From an uncultured Fibrobacterota bacterium (GTDB lineage Bacteria; Fibrobacterota; Chitinivibrionia; Chitinivibrionales; FEN-1185), in assembly GCA_963729895.1 (NCBI GenBank), contig CAVSQB010000036.1, positions 1 through 64,000 of the forward strand: a stretch of DNA of 64,000 nt, in the 5' to 3' direction. The translations under genes and the position numbers were made by a program. Below are positions 19,253 to 28,906 of the stretch, piece by piece. Every line of letters starts with the position of its first letter. Positions within the stretch are counted from its first letter, which is position 1. The notes under the pieces are model-generated. The model was given only the letters and a program-made list of their open reading frames with translations. It was not told where the DNA came from and made no database searches.

Positions 19253-19660
19253 ATGTTTGCACTCTCACAACAGCGATTTCCCAATAGACAAGAGGGCGGC
19301 CTCGGTCTCCGGATCGTCATGATCGTCGTGTCACTGGCGGTTGTAGCGGCAGCCATTTCGGTGTTTCTGGTAAGGGGGCAATCGGATCAGGAGGTCCTCA
19401 ATCGAAAAGCCTCGGAAATATGCGAGTACGGGCTTCTGCAGACGCTTGCGCATTTGAAGGAGCACCCTTCATGGGCCGGAAAACTCCCGCGCGCCGACTA
19501 CGAGGGCGGTTGGTACACCTCCTCAGCGAAAATCAGACGGAGCGCAGACACTTCTTATCTTGATGTCGAATCGACAGGGCACATAGGCTCTGTGTCCAGG
19601 AAGCAGGGCTGTATGCTGCGTCTCACCGATTCAGGTTGGGTCCGGCAAAGCATACGATAG
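19253..19660 (+). CDS. Hypothetical membrane-anchored protein, minor-pilin/PilX-like
   Basis: RQEGG followed by a hydrophobic helix, A..ICEYGL, VESTG. Lies upstream of the pil operon. Confidence 0.55.
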   Translation: MFALSQQRFPNRQEGGLGLRIVMIVVSLAVVAAAISVFLVRGQSDQEVLNRKASEICEYGLLQTLAHLKEHPSWAGKLPRADYEGGWYTSSAKIRRSADTSYLDVESTGHIGSVSRKQGCMLRLTDSGWVRQSIR

Positions 19661-20003
19661 CCGTCATGCAGGTCCGACGTAGAGTTCTTTTCAACACTTT
19701 TGCAGCCGCACTATTTCCCCCCTTCGCAATTCCCTTTTTGTAAAGAAACGGCCGGGCTTCGTGTTTTTTTTGGAAACCGGCAGAATGTCATGCACAACCT
19801 GTTGTGGCCGACGATTTGACATTTATGATATATGGTGTAGGCAATCTTTTTTGATTTTTTATGTTTTTTTTCCTTGACAATTTTTTGAGAACTTGTTAAA
19901 TATTATAGAGGTAACTCTGAAAAATGATGGTAGTTAGGAAGATTGCTTCATTTTAGTTCTTAAGTGATTTGGTGTAATAATATATTTTTAAGGCACTAAC
20001 AAA

Positions 20004-21071
20004 ATGAACTTACTTCAAAAACTTAGGGGCGAAAATAGCACGACGGGATTGGATCTCGGCAACCATTCTCTCAAGCTTGTAAAGCTCCTGCATCAGAAAA
20101 ACGGGTACCATCTCCAAGCCGCGGGAATCCGGGAGCTTCCACCCGGAACAATTGAGGGCAGCGAGATAAAGAACCGAGATGCTCTTATCGACAACATCAC
20201 CACGCTCATAAACCAATGTGATCCGTCCATCGTCGAAGTCGCGATTTCCATGTCGGGGCACGGCATCATTTCCGACAAGGTAACGTTCAAGATAGATCCG
20301 AATGAAAATGCCGAAGAAATGATTCTGTGGGAGGCCGGCCAGAGAAGCCCCTTTGATGTGGACGATATCACTCTCGATTACAAGATCCTCCATCGCAAGG
20401 CGGAAACCGGCGAGGCCGAAGTACTTTTGGTGGCTGCCAAGAACCAGATCATGCAGAACTATATCGATTTGTTGTACGAGGCGGGCCTCAAACCGATTAT
20501 CGTGGATGTCGTCTCGTTCGCGATGACCAACTGCTATTCTCTTGAAAGCGGCGGAGGCCAGGAGGGCGGTGTGACAGCCCTCGTAAACATCGGGCACAAC
20601 CTCACCAACGTCACCTTTATCAAAGACGGCGTGTACCACTCCTCCCGAGACATCTCCACGGCATGCGACTTTTACGCAAAGACGCTCCAGCGGAACCTTG
20701 GCGTCGGCGCCGAAGATGCGATCAATATTCTCAAGGGTCGAACCAATCAGTCGCTCGACGCGAATTCTCTGCGCCAGAGTCTCGATTATGCCTCGGAGGA
20801 GCTTTCCACGGGCATCGACCTTGCTTTTTCGTATTTTAAAAGCTCGGAGAAGAACGACGCTATCGACAAAGTAGTATTAAGCGGCGGCGGCGCATACATC
20901 CCCAATATTTCGTCGGTGCTCGAAAAGCGGCATCAGACCACCGTGCAGATTTCCAATCCCATGGGGTTTCTCGAATACGATCCTGCCATGTTCGGTGCGG
21001 TTGACCCGAGAAAATTCTCCGCGCTGTTTACGGTGGCCGTCGGCCTTGCTCTCCGGAAAGTGGCAGACTGA
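20004..21071 (+). CDS. pilM: Type IV pilus assembly protein PilM
   Basis: GLDLGNHSLKLV, LLVAAK, VNIGH, VLSGGGA and VAVGLALR motifs. Confidence 0.95.
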   Translation: MNLLQKLRGENSTTGLDLGNHSLKLVKLLHQKNGYHLQAAGIRELPPGTIEGSEIKNRDALIDNITTLINQCDPSIVEVAISMSGHGIISDKVTFKIDPNENAEEMILWEAGQRSPFDVDDITLDYKILHRKAETGEAEVLLVAAKNQIMQNYIDLLYEAGLKPIIVDVVSFAMTNCYSLESGGGQEGGVTALVNIGHNLTNVTFIKDGVYHSSRDISTACDFYAKTLQRNLGVGAEDAINILKGRTNQSLDANSLRQSLDYASEELSTGIDLAFSYFKSSEKNDAIDKVVLSGGGAYIPNISSVLEKRHQTTVQISNPMGFLEYDPAMFGAVDPRKFSALFTVAVGLALRKVAD

Positions 21072-21685
21072 TGATAGAACGTGTAGAAATTAACCTTCTC
21101 CCCGCGGAATATCGCGTTCACACGAAAGGTGTGCGAGTCTCGCGAGACATATTCTATCCTCTTTTCGCCCTTTTTGTCATCGCAGCCGGGGTCATGGCTT
21201 TTACGTTCGGGCTCACCGCGCAAATTCAACAGCGCAAGAACGATATCGCCAACGTTGACGGCATGATAAAAGCCAACAGCTATATCAAGGACCAAATCGG
21301 CAAGCTCAAGGCGGACAGGGCCGGGGTGCAACAGAAAATCGTCGCGCTGGAACGCATCAATGTTAACAGGGAAAAATGGGTACGCCTCATGGAAATCATG
21401 TGCCAGCGGCTTCCCGACTTCACCTGGATTGTTTCGATTGACGAAAAGTCCCTCACCCCGCCGGTGCTCGATGTTGAGGGCAGGACCCTGTCGTTTCCGG
21501 AGGTTGCCAATTTCATGTCGCAACTCTCCGAAAGCAACTACATCCGCGGCGTCGATTTGTCGGGGATCGAAGAAACCAATGAGGCGGTGAAGATGTTCCG
21601 GTTTAGGATTTCGTGCACCATCAATCCAGATGCTCAATTGGAGCAGGCGGGCAAGGACACTGCTTCGGCCAAGACGACACGATAG
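21071..21685 (+). CDS. pilN: Type IV pilus assembly protein PilN
   Basis: INLLP motif, TM helix, coiled coil. Confidence 0.9.
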   Translation: MIERVEINLLPAEYRVHTKGVRVSRDIFYPLFALFVIAAGVMAFTFGLTAQIQQRKNDIANVDGMIKANSYIKDQIGKLKADRAGVQQKIVALERINVNREKWVRLMEIMCQRLPDFTWIVSIDEKSLTPPVLDVEGRTLSFPEVANFMSQLSESNYIRGVDLSGIEETNEAVKMFRFRISCTINPDAQLEQAGKDTASAKTTR

Positions 21686-21694
21686 AGGATTGCA

Positions 21695-22288
21695 ATGAAT
21701 TTCAAGGTCGATCTCAAAAACCCTCAAGTGCGCAACGTAGCCATTATTTCGGCCGTGGGCGTCCTGCTGGGATTTTTGTGGTTTCAGTTCGTGTACACGG
21801 GAATAAACGAGGAGAAAAGCAGGCTTGAAAGCGAACTCAAGAAGAAACAGAACGAGTTGAACAATATCCTTATTCTCAAGCCGCAGCTCAAGACTCTCGA
21901 AAAAGACATCGCTGCGGCGAGCGCCCGGCTTGATTCACTTAAGTCAATGTTCCCGGACCAGAAGGAAATTCCAAAACTCATCCGGGAAATCACCGGCGTC
22001 GCACGGGCCTCCGCCATCTACACCACGAGGTTCAATCCACTGCCGGACATTCAGCGTGAATATTATGTGGAGAACCGATACGATCTTGCGGTTACCGGCG
22101 GATACCATCAGCTTGCCCAGTTCTTCAGTTTCCTGGCCAACATGCCGCTCATTATCAACCTGAGTAATGTGTCGATACGGGCGAACCCTTCGCTCGAGCA
22201 GTCAAAGAAGGATGCGGAAGAGCACGGAACGCCGATCACCAGCATAACCACGTCGTTTCAGATGACGACATTTTCTTCAAAGAAATAG
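21695..22288 (+). CDS. pilO: Type IV pilus assembly protein PilO
   Basis: TM plus coiled coil, P.QKEIP.L and GGYHQLAQFF motifs. Confidence 0.9.
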   Translation: MNFKVDLKNPQVRNVAIISAVGVLLGFLWFQFVYTGINEEKSRLESELKKKQNELNNILILKPQLKTLEKDIAAASARLDSLKSMFPDQKEIPKLIREITGVARASAIYTTRFNPLPDIQREYYVENRYDLAVTGGYHQLAQFFSFLANMPLIINLSNVSIRANPSLEQSKKDAEEHGTPITSITTSFQMTTFSSKK

Positions 22289-22297
22289 GATGTGGCC

Positions 22298-24214
22298 ATG
22301 ACCGCATGCCGTTGGAGGTCGCTGATTCCTTGCGTCGCAATCGCGCTCGTGTGCTGCGCGGGGACGCTGCATGCGGCATCAGCAGTGCTGTCCGGACTTG
22401 ACCTCGTGGGGAGCGCAAAGGGTGTGGCGCTTGCGCTCAAGGCCGATGCTCCGTTCCCCATCAAAATGGAGGAAAAAACGTCGGCACGAAATCCTCGGCA
22501 GGTGCTTCTTGCGGTGCACTGTTCCAATGTTATCTACGGGCTCGAGGACTTCGAGTTTGCTTCTTTTCCCCCGGGATGCCCGGTGCAACGAATCGCGGTG
22601 AGCGAGAGTCCTGCAGGCAATTCCATAGACATGGTGTTTGTCATTGCGGGAAGCCTTGACAAACAGGTTGTTTCGAAACAGAAGGACTCCCGGTGGATTA
22701 TCCTGCTGTCTCACGAGTCAACGCCGAACTTTTCCTGGAGTGCGTCGCCCCAGCAGGCCAGGCCCGCGCCTGCCGTGGAAAAGCCCAAGGCTCCGGTGCA
22801 GCAATCGGGCATGTCGCGCCTCACGGATATTTCGGTGCTAGTGCGGGATAACGTTGAGCTGTTGACTTTTGCATTCGACGGCTCCACCACCGTGCGGTTC
22901 AGGCGGGACCGCGACGGGATAGTTGTTTTATTTGTCAATACAACCAGCGGGCTGCCCGCCACCCGCCTCTCGCCGTCCAATGATCCCCAGAGCGCCATCG
23001 AGCTCAAGCAAATGGCGCACGGGGGGACCATGTGGCTCGGCGCTTCCGTTTTCATGAGCAAGCAGGCCATGGCGAGCGCTCTTATGCAGGAATTTCCCGG
23101 CAAGCTGGTGATTTACACCGTGCGCGATTCGATGCAGGGTTTTTCACTCTGGTCGGCGGCCTCCGGGCAAAGCGTGTCGTACGATTTTGCAAAGCTTCCG
23201 CGTTTTGAGGTTGACATCGAAGGAATGAAGAAGAAGGTGTTTTCGGATATGTCGGGCGACCTGCCCAAGGGAAAGACCTTTGCCATTCACGAGGAGACGG
23301 CGAAAAAACAAACGGAGGGCGCACCTGCGCCACCCTCCTCTGTGCCAGAAAAGCCCCAGGCCACCGCCACTCTCCCGGCCGCCGCCGCTCCTCCTGTCAA
23401 GAAGGCGCCCGTGATTGTGCGCCTGATCGTGACAAAGGACAGCGCGAAACTCCGCTCGGATCCGGTTGCCGGAAACAACGTAACGGCCAGGCTGCCGGCG
23501 GGGACGGTTGGAACGCAAATTGAAAAGAAACGGGAGTGGGTAAAGGTGCAAACAGACGCGGCAACGGGATGGGTTTCCTCATCCGCGGTGGCGGACAGCG
23601 CCCATGCGTCCAGGGCCGTGTTCGATGCCATCGAAAAAATAGGCCGACACCGGCTGGCGCAGCAGAAGGCTGTTGAGGAAGAAGCCGCGCGTAAACGGGT
23701 AGCCGCGGAAAAGGCTGAACAGGAGAAGCTCGCAAAGGAAAAACTTTCCAAAGACCGCGAGGTCCAGAAAAAGGCTGTGGTCGCAGCGCAGGCGGCAGCG
23801 CGCGATTCTGTGGTCCGCCAGGCGGCAGCACGCGATTCTGCGGTCCGCCAGGCGGCAGCGGCGGAGCAGGACAGCGTACAGGCCGCAAAGAGCTTCCGCT
23901 CGAGAAAAATGGTGGAATACCACGTGTTCGGAAGGGATCCGTTTCTTCCGATTTCCAACGATGAAGAAGGCCCGGTGCCCAACGTGGAGAATTTGACGCT
24001 GGTGGGCATTCTGTACGATCAGGCCGACCGCATTGCCTTGTTTGAATCTTCGAAGGCCAACGCAAATTCAAAGGCCTATGCGTTGCGGGAGAACGATCCG
24101 GTTAGGAATGGCTACATACTGCGGATTCAACCGGACAAAGTCCTGTTTCTCCTGAATGACCTTGGCATTTCGAGAACCTATGCAATGAAACTTACCAGAG
24201 AAAAAGAAAAATGA
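22298..24214 (+). CDS. Large exported multidomain protein in the pilP position (AMIN-like, SH3-like, coiled coil, PilP-like C-terminus)
   Basis: Signal peptide. SH3b-like AKLRSDP..WVKVQT..TGWV. C-terminal RDPF..LTLVGIL..ALFE. Confidence 0.7.
   Translation: MTACRWRSLIPCVAIALVCCAGTLHAASAVLSGLDLVGSAKGVALALKADAPFPIKMEEKTSARNPRQVLLAVHCSNVIYGLEDFEFASFPPGCPVQRIAVSESPAGNSIDMVFVIAGSLDKQVVSKQKDSRWIILLSHESTPNFSWSASPQQARPAPAVEKPKAPVQQSGMSRLTDISVLVRDNVELLTFAFDGSTTVRFRRDRDGIVVLFVNTTSGLPATRLSPSNDPQSAIELKQMAHGGTMWLGASVFMSKQAMASALMQEFPGKLVIYTVRDSMQGFSLWSAASGQSVSYDFAKLPRFEVDIEGMKKKVFSDMSGDLPKGKTFAIHEETAKKQTEGAPAPPSSVPEKPQATATLPAAAAPPVKKAPVIVRLIVTKDSAKLRSDPVAGNNVTARLPAGTVGTQIEKKREWVKVQTDAATGWVSSSAVADSAHASRAVFDAIEKIGRHRLAQQKAVEEEAARKRVAAEKAEQEKLAKEKLSKDREVQKKAVVAAQAAARDSVVRQAAARDSAVRQAAAAEQDSVQAAKSFRSRKMVEYHVFGRDPFLPISNDEEGPVPNVENLTLVGILYDQADRIALFESSKANANSKAYALRENDPVRNGYILRIQPDKVLFLLNDLGISRTYAMKLTREKEK
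23789..23860 (+). repeat. In-frame 30-bp tandem repeat (QAAARDS[V/A]VR)
   Basis: CAGGCGGCAGC recurs at 23789, 23819 and 23849. Confidence 0.85.
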
Positions 24215-25605
24215 GGGTGCGTATGAACACAACACTCAAACCGCTGTCGATTTTGTGCGTCGCCGTCCTTCAGATTGCATCCGCGCTTTCGCTTGTCCCG
24301 CGCGCATGGTGTCAGCGGGCCGACACCTCAATGGAAGCCGCGCCGCCGGTTCAGGCACCGCGGAAATCTTTTCACGAAAGGCCGATAGAAAAATTTGCCG
24401 TTAACAACGCCGATGTGCGTTCCGTTTTCAAGCAATTGTCCGACTACTCCGGCAACGATATCGTGCTCGGCGACAAGGTGGCGGGAAACGTGTCGCTTTC
24501 GGTTACGAACAAGACATGGCGGGAAATTCTCAGCATTGTATGCAAGATTACGGGCCTCACCGTCATTAAAGAGCCCACCTACCTGTACGTTGTTCCAGCC
24601 GAGGACTACCGCAAGCAGCAGGTGGCTGAGGCGACCAACAACCAGGTGACAGAATCGCTGGAGGAGCTCAAACGAGAAGTGGTGAAGCTTGATAATGTCA
24701 ATGCAAAGGAAATAAACGGCTCCATTCAGTCGTTGCTTTCCGCGCGTGGCAAGATCACCGTTGTCGACAGGAATAACGCACTCATCATATTCGATACGCA
24801 ACAAAACATCGACCAGATCAAGAAAACCATTAGGGAGCTCGATGTCGAGACCGACCAGGTGTTCATCTCCTGCAAGATCATCGAAGTGAGTTCGGGCGTT
24901 GCCAAAGATCTCGGCATCGGGTGGGGCTATTTCGACAACCTCGGCGGCAGTGCTGTCAGCGCGACCCACATGCCGGGCTTTACCGTTCCGGGCGAGCTGG
25001 ACCGGCTGACTTTTGGGATTCTCGGTGCGGACAAACTTTCGGCGACCCTCAGCCTGTTATTCCAAAATACCGGGGCCGAGGTGGTGGCCCAGCCGCAGAT
25101 CACCACACTTGACAATAAGGAAGCAACCGTTTTCCTCGGGAGCCAGATCCCGATCCAGACGATGACGACTGCGGGGAGCAGCCCCACCACGCAGTTTGTG
25201 GGGGTTGCGCCGACTATCACCATGGTTGATGCGGGCACCAACCTGATCGTTACCCCGCACGTCACGAGCGACAAGCGCATCATGCTGGCGCTCAGCTCCA
25301 CCAAAAGTTCGTATACGCTCACGGGAACAGGGACCAACCCGATTATCAACAAGCAAAGCGCACAGACCAATGTCGTAGTTTCTGATGGAGAAACAGTGGT
25401 GATCGCCGGGCTGACTAATAATGAAACCCAGACCGTTGACGAGGGCATTCCTGTTCTCAAGGACATCCCGCTCATTGGCAATTTGTTCAAACACACGAAA
25501 AAGACCGTTAACAAAGATGATCTGATGATTTTTGTCACCCCGCATATCATCGCAAAAAAGGTGGAGGCGGTGTCGGGAGTTTCTGCTTCTCCTGCGATGA
25601 AATGA
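24211..25605 (+). CDS. pilQ: Type IV pilus secretin
   Basis: VDRNNALII, QPQITTLDNKEA, GETVVIAGL, GIPVLKDIPLIGNLF and IFVTPHII motifs. Confidence 0.92.
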   Translation: MRVRMNTTLKPLSILCVAVLQIASALSLVPRAWCQRADTSMEAAPPVQAPRKSFHERPIEKFAVNNADVRSVFKQLSDYSGNDIVLGDKVAGNVSLSVTNKTWREILSIVCKITGLTVIKEPTYLYVVPAEDYRKQQVAEATNNQVTESLEELKREVVKLDNVNAKEINGSIQSLLSARGKITVVDRNNALIIFDTQQNIDQIKKTIRELDVETDQVFISCKIIEVSSGVAKDLGIGWGYFDNLGGSAVSATHMPGFTVPGELDRLTFGILGADKLSATLSLLFQNTGAEVVAQPQITTLDNKEATVFLGSQIPIQTMTTAGSSPTTQFVGVAPTITMVDAGTNLIVTPHVTSDKRIMLALSSTKSSYTLTGTGTNPIINKQSAQTNVVVSDGETVVIAGLTNNETQTVDEGIPVLKDIPLIGNLFKHTKKTVNKDDLMIFVTPHIIAKKVEAVSGVSASPAMK

Positions 25606-25801
25606 AACTCGGGAAGATTTCGTTCCTGGTGAGTCGCCTGAAAAGAGTCGTGGCGACTCCGGGCTCTTCGCCCCTGATTCCGTTGGCCCAGCCTAAGGCT
25701 GCCGGATCTCAACCTTCGCCGGAACTTTTCTCCTTTGTGAAAAAAGCAAACGATTTTTTCTTACCGTCCGGGGATAGTTGCTTTTTTTTGCGTCCGCGCT
25801 A

Positions 25802-25860
25802 TTGACACCCCTGCCGAATATATTGTATACTCATTATCGAAAAAGCAGCACATATTGTGG
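25802..25860 (+). promoter_or_regulatory. sigma70-type promoter with two NrdR-like boxes upstream of nrdD
   Basis: TTGACA at 25802, 18-bp spacer, TATACT at 25826. Boxes CCGAATATATTGTA and CAGCACATATTGTG are 32 bp apart, matching the tandem NrdR-box arrangement. Confidence 0.7.
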
Positions 25861-26058
25861 TTCCCTCGTTTAACTAGGATTTCCTCAATTGTTCAGGAAA
25901 GCTTCTTGCCCCTTGTCACCGAGGTGCGTCGCGCGCTCCTCGAGTATGCGCGCCTTGCGCCGCCACCAGCTTGAGAGCATTCATAATGCCAAGCACGGCC
26001 CCGAGGGCGCGGTCTTCCTCGGACCACACGTCAAGACTTTCAGGAGGTTTGGAAAATC

Positions 26059-28188
26059 ATGATCTCAACGATCAGAAAGCGCGACGGCAAACTTGTTCCC
26101 TACGACAATTACAAAATCGCAAACGCCGTGTTCAAGGCGGCGGAGGCTGTTGGCGGGAAAGACTTCGGCCTTGCGCTCAACCTTGCAAAACAGGTTGAGC
26201 AAGCCATCGGAGCGAAGTTTCATTCGAATTCCATTCCCGCTGTCGAGGAAATTCAGGACTTGGTTGAAAAAGTTCTCATCGAAAACGGCCATGCGCGGGT
26301 GGCAAAGGCATTTATCCTCTACCGGGAGCAGCACAGGCGCGCGCGCACGACAAAGGACATCCTCCTTGACATAGTAAACACCATGGACGGTTACCTAAAG
26401 CAGGAGGACTGGCGTGTCAACGAGAATTCCAATGTAAGCTATTCGCTCGGCGGGCTTATTCTCTACAACAGCGGCGCCATCACCGCCAACTACTGGCTCG
26501 AAAACATCTATCCGCACGAAATTGCCGAAGCACACCGGAACGGCGAGATACATCTTCATGATCTTTCGATGTTTTCGGGCTACTGCGCCGGATGGTCTCT
26601 GCGACAGCTTATTGCCGAAGGGCTCGGCGGCATAAAGGGAAAGATCTCGTCAAAGCCCCCCAAGCATCTTTCCACCCTTGTGCAACAGATGGTGAATTTC
26701 CTCGGCGTTCTCCAGAACGAATGGGCCGGCGCTCAGGCGTTTTCGTCGTTCGACACTTATTTGGCGCCGTTCGTAGGCTACAACAAGATGTCGTTTGCCG
26801 AAGTAAAGCAGTGCGTCCAATCGTTTGTCTTCGGAGTGAATACCCCATCGCGCTGGGGATCGCAGGCGCCCTTCACCAATATCACACTCGACTGGGTCGT
26901 GCCCGAAGACCTGAGGGAACAGCCGGCCATTGTGGGAGGCACCACCATTGATGCCACCTACGGTGAATTCCAGAAAGAAATGGACATGGTGAACAAGGCG
27001 TTTCTCGAGGTGTTGATCGAGGGCGATTCGAACGGCCGGGGATTTTCGTACCCTATTCCCACCATCAACCTCACCAGGAATTTCAACTGGGACAGCGAAA
27101 ATGCGGGGCTCCTGTTCAAGATGACGGGGAAATACGGCACGCCGTATTTCCAGAATTTCATCAATTCGCACCTCAATCCCGGCGACGTCCGTTCGATGTG
27201 CTGCAGGCTCCAACTCGACAAAAGGGAGCTGCGTAACCGCGGCGGCGGCCTGTTCGGCTCCGACGAATTCACCGGTTCCATCGGCGTGGTGACCCTCAAC
27301 CTGCCGCGCATCGGATACTTGTCTTCGTCGAAGGAGGACTATTTTTCCCAGCTCGACCATTTCATGTGCGTGGCGCGAGACAGCCTCGAAATCAAGCGTC
27401 GCGTCATTACACGGCTCATGGACCAGGGACTGTTTCCTTATACGCAGCGGTACCTGCGCCACTGGAACAACCACTTCTCCACCATCGGCCTTATCGGCAT
27501 GAATGAATCGACCCTTAATTTTATCGGGAAAGATATGACCCACCCCGAGGCGCGCGAGTTTGCCAAGGAAGTGCTTATTCACATGCGCGAAAAGCTGGTG
27601 CTGTTCCAAGAGGAAACGGGACACCTGTACAACCTGGAGGCCACCCCCGGCGAAGGAACAAGCTACCGGCTTGCGAAAATAGACCGCCAGAAGTTCTCCC
27701 GCATGGTAATTCCGGGCAACGACAGCCCCTACTACACCAACTCGACGGCTCTGCCCGTAAACACCACCGACGACGTGTTCGAGGCGCTCGACATGCAGAA
27801 CGACATTCAACGCCTCTACACCGGCGGCACCGTGTTCCATGCGTTCATCGGCGAGTCGATTGACGATGTGGAAACATGCAAACGGCTCGTACAGAAAATC
27901 GCCTCCACCTACGAAATACCGTATTTTACGATCACGCCCACGTTTTCGGTGTGCCACACTCACGGATACCTCAAGGGCGAACAGTTCGCCTGTCCAAGCT
28001 GCGGCGAGGAGACCGAGGTGTATTCGCGCATCGTGGGATACTACCGGCCCGTCCAGAACTGGAACTGCGGGAAGAAGTCCGAATACCGGGACAGGAAGAT
28101 TTTCAAGCTGGCGCAGCCGGCGGCAACCGGCGTGCCGCAGGCCGCGAACGAGAATGTGGTCAAATGCGAATCAGCATTACAGGCGTAG
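26059..28188 (+). CDS. nrdD: Anaerobic (class III) ribonucleoside-triphosphate reductase with ATP cone
   Basis: ATP cone IRKRDG, SMCCRL, LEATPGEG, CxxH..CxxC and glycyl-radical YSRIVGYYRPV motifs. Confidence 0.95.
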   Translation: MISTIRKRDGKLVPYDNYKIANAVFKAAEAVGGKDFGLALNLAKQVEQAIGAKFHSNSIPAVEEIQDLVEKVLIENGHARVAKAFILYREQHRRARTTKDILLDIVNTMDGYLKQEDWRVNENSNVSYSLGGLILYNSGAITANYWLENIYPHEIAEAHRNGEIHLHDLSMFSGYCAGWSLRQLIAEGLGGIKGKISSKPPKHLSTLVQQMVNFLGVLQNEWAGAQAFSSFDTYLAPFVGYNKMSFAEVKQCVQSFVFGVNTPSRWGSQAPFTNITLDWVVPEDLREQPAIVGGTTIDATYGEFQKEMDMVNKAFLEVLIEGDSNGRGFSYPIPTINLTRNFNWDSENAGLLFKMTGKYGTPYFQNFINSHLNPGDVRSMCCRLQLDKRELRNRGGGLFGSDEFTGSIGVVTLNLPRIGYLSSSKEDYFSQLDHFMCVARDSLEIKRRVITRLMDQGLFPYTQRYLRHWNNHFSTIGLIGMNESTLNFIGKDMTHPEAREFAKEVLIHMREKLVLFQEETGHLYNLEATPGEGTSYRLAKIDRQKFSRMVIPGNDSPYYTNSTALPVNTTDDVFEALDMQNDIQRLYTGGTVFHAFIGESIDDVETCKRLVQKIASTYEIPYFTITPTFSVCHTHGYLKGEQFACPSCGEETEVYSRIVGYYRPVQNWNCGKKSEYRDRKIFKLAQPAATGVPQAANENVVKCESALQA

Positions 28189-28880
28189 CGGGCTGGCAGA
28201 AGAACTCCTTCATCGATTTTCCGAGGACGGTTTCAACCGTCCTTTTCTTTTCGGGGTGTAATCTCGCGTGTCCCTACTGCCACAATTCCGGCATCGTGCG
28301 GGCCGAACCGGGCGCGAACATCCCTTCACAGGAACTGTGGAGCTTTCTGGAAAAGCGGAAAGGCCTCGTGGAAGGTGTGGTGCTGTCGGGCGGCGAACCC
28401 ACCTTGCACGCGGACCTGCCGCAGGTCGTGCTGGCCCTGCGAGCCATCGGCTACCGCGTGAAACTTGACACAAACGGAATGCTCCCCTCTGTGGTGAAAG
28501 CCCTGTCGCCCGATTACCTTGCGCTCGACGTGAAGACCGCGCCGCGGCTATACCAAGAACTGCTTCGGTCGCCCTACGTGGATACGCGGCGGCGCCTCGA
28601 ACAGTCGGTCGGCATGGTGCTGGGGATGGGCGAAAATGCAGAGGTCAGGGTAACGGCGGCTCCGGGGATTGTTGACAGAGAGATAATTCGGGAGATCGGC
28701 GAGCTGGTGAACGGGGTGAAAAAGGTGTTTTTGCAGCCTATGCAGAAAAAGTGGAATTTGCTGGACCCGGAAATAATGAAACAGGAAATGATTCCCCAGG
28801 AGGAAATTTTGGTGTTTAGGGATATTATGGCGGAGTTTGCAGGGGAGTGTACAATAAGGGGGATGCCGGGTGATGCATGA
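28164..28880 (+). CDS. nrdG: Anaerobic RNR activating radical SAM enzyme
   Basis: GCNLACPYCHN, SGGEPT and KLDTNG motifs. ATG 28164 overlaps the end of nrdD. Confidence 0.9.
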   Translation: MRISITGVAGWQKNSFIDFPRTVSTVLFFSGCNLACPYCHNSGIVRAEPGANIPSQELWSFLEKRKGLVEGVVLSGGEPTLHADLPQVVLALRAIGYRVKLDTNGMLPSVVKALSPDYLALDVKTAPRLYQELLRSPYVDTRRRLEQSVGMVLGMGENAEVRVTAAPGIVDREIIREIGELVNGVKKVFLQPMQKKWNLLDPEIMKQEMIPQEEILVFRDIMAEFAGECTIRGMPGDA

Positions 28881-28906
28881 GTTCCGGTGTTTTTCCCCGG
28901 TGCCCC

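Noticed and set aside
25860..26058. Cobalamin riboswitch in the long nrdD leader
   Set aside because: B12-box and other core motifs not found.
27876..28163. ORF-track N-terminal extension of nrdG (likewise the extensions on obgE, frr and galE)
   Set aside because: These overlap neighbouring genes or intergenic elements, and homology starts at downstream ATGs.
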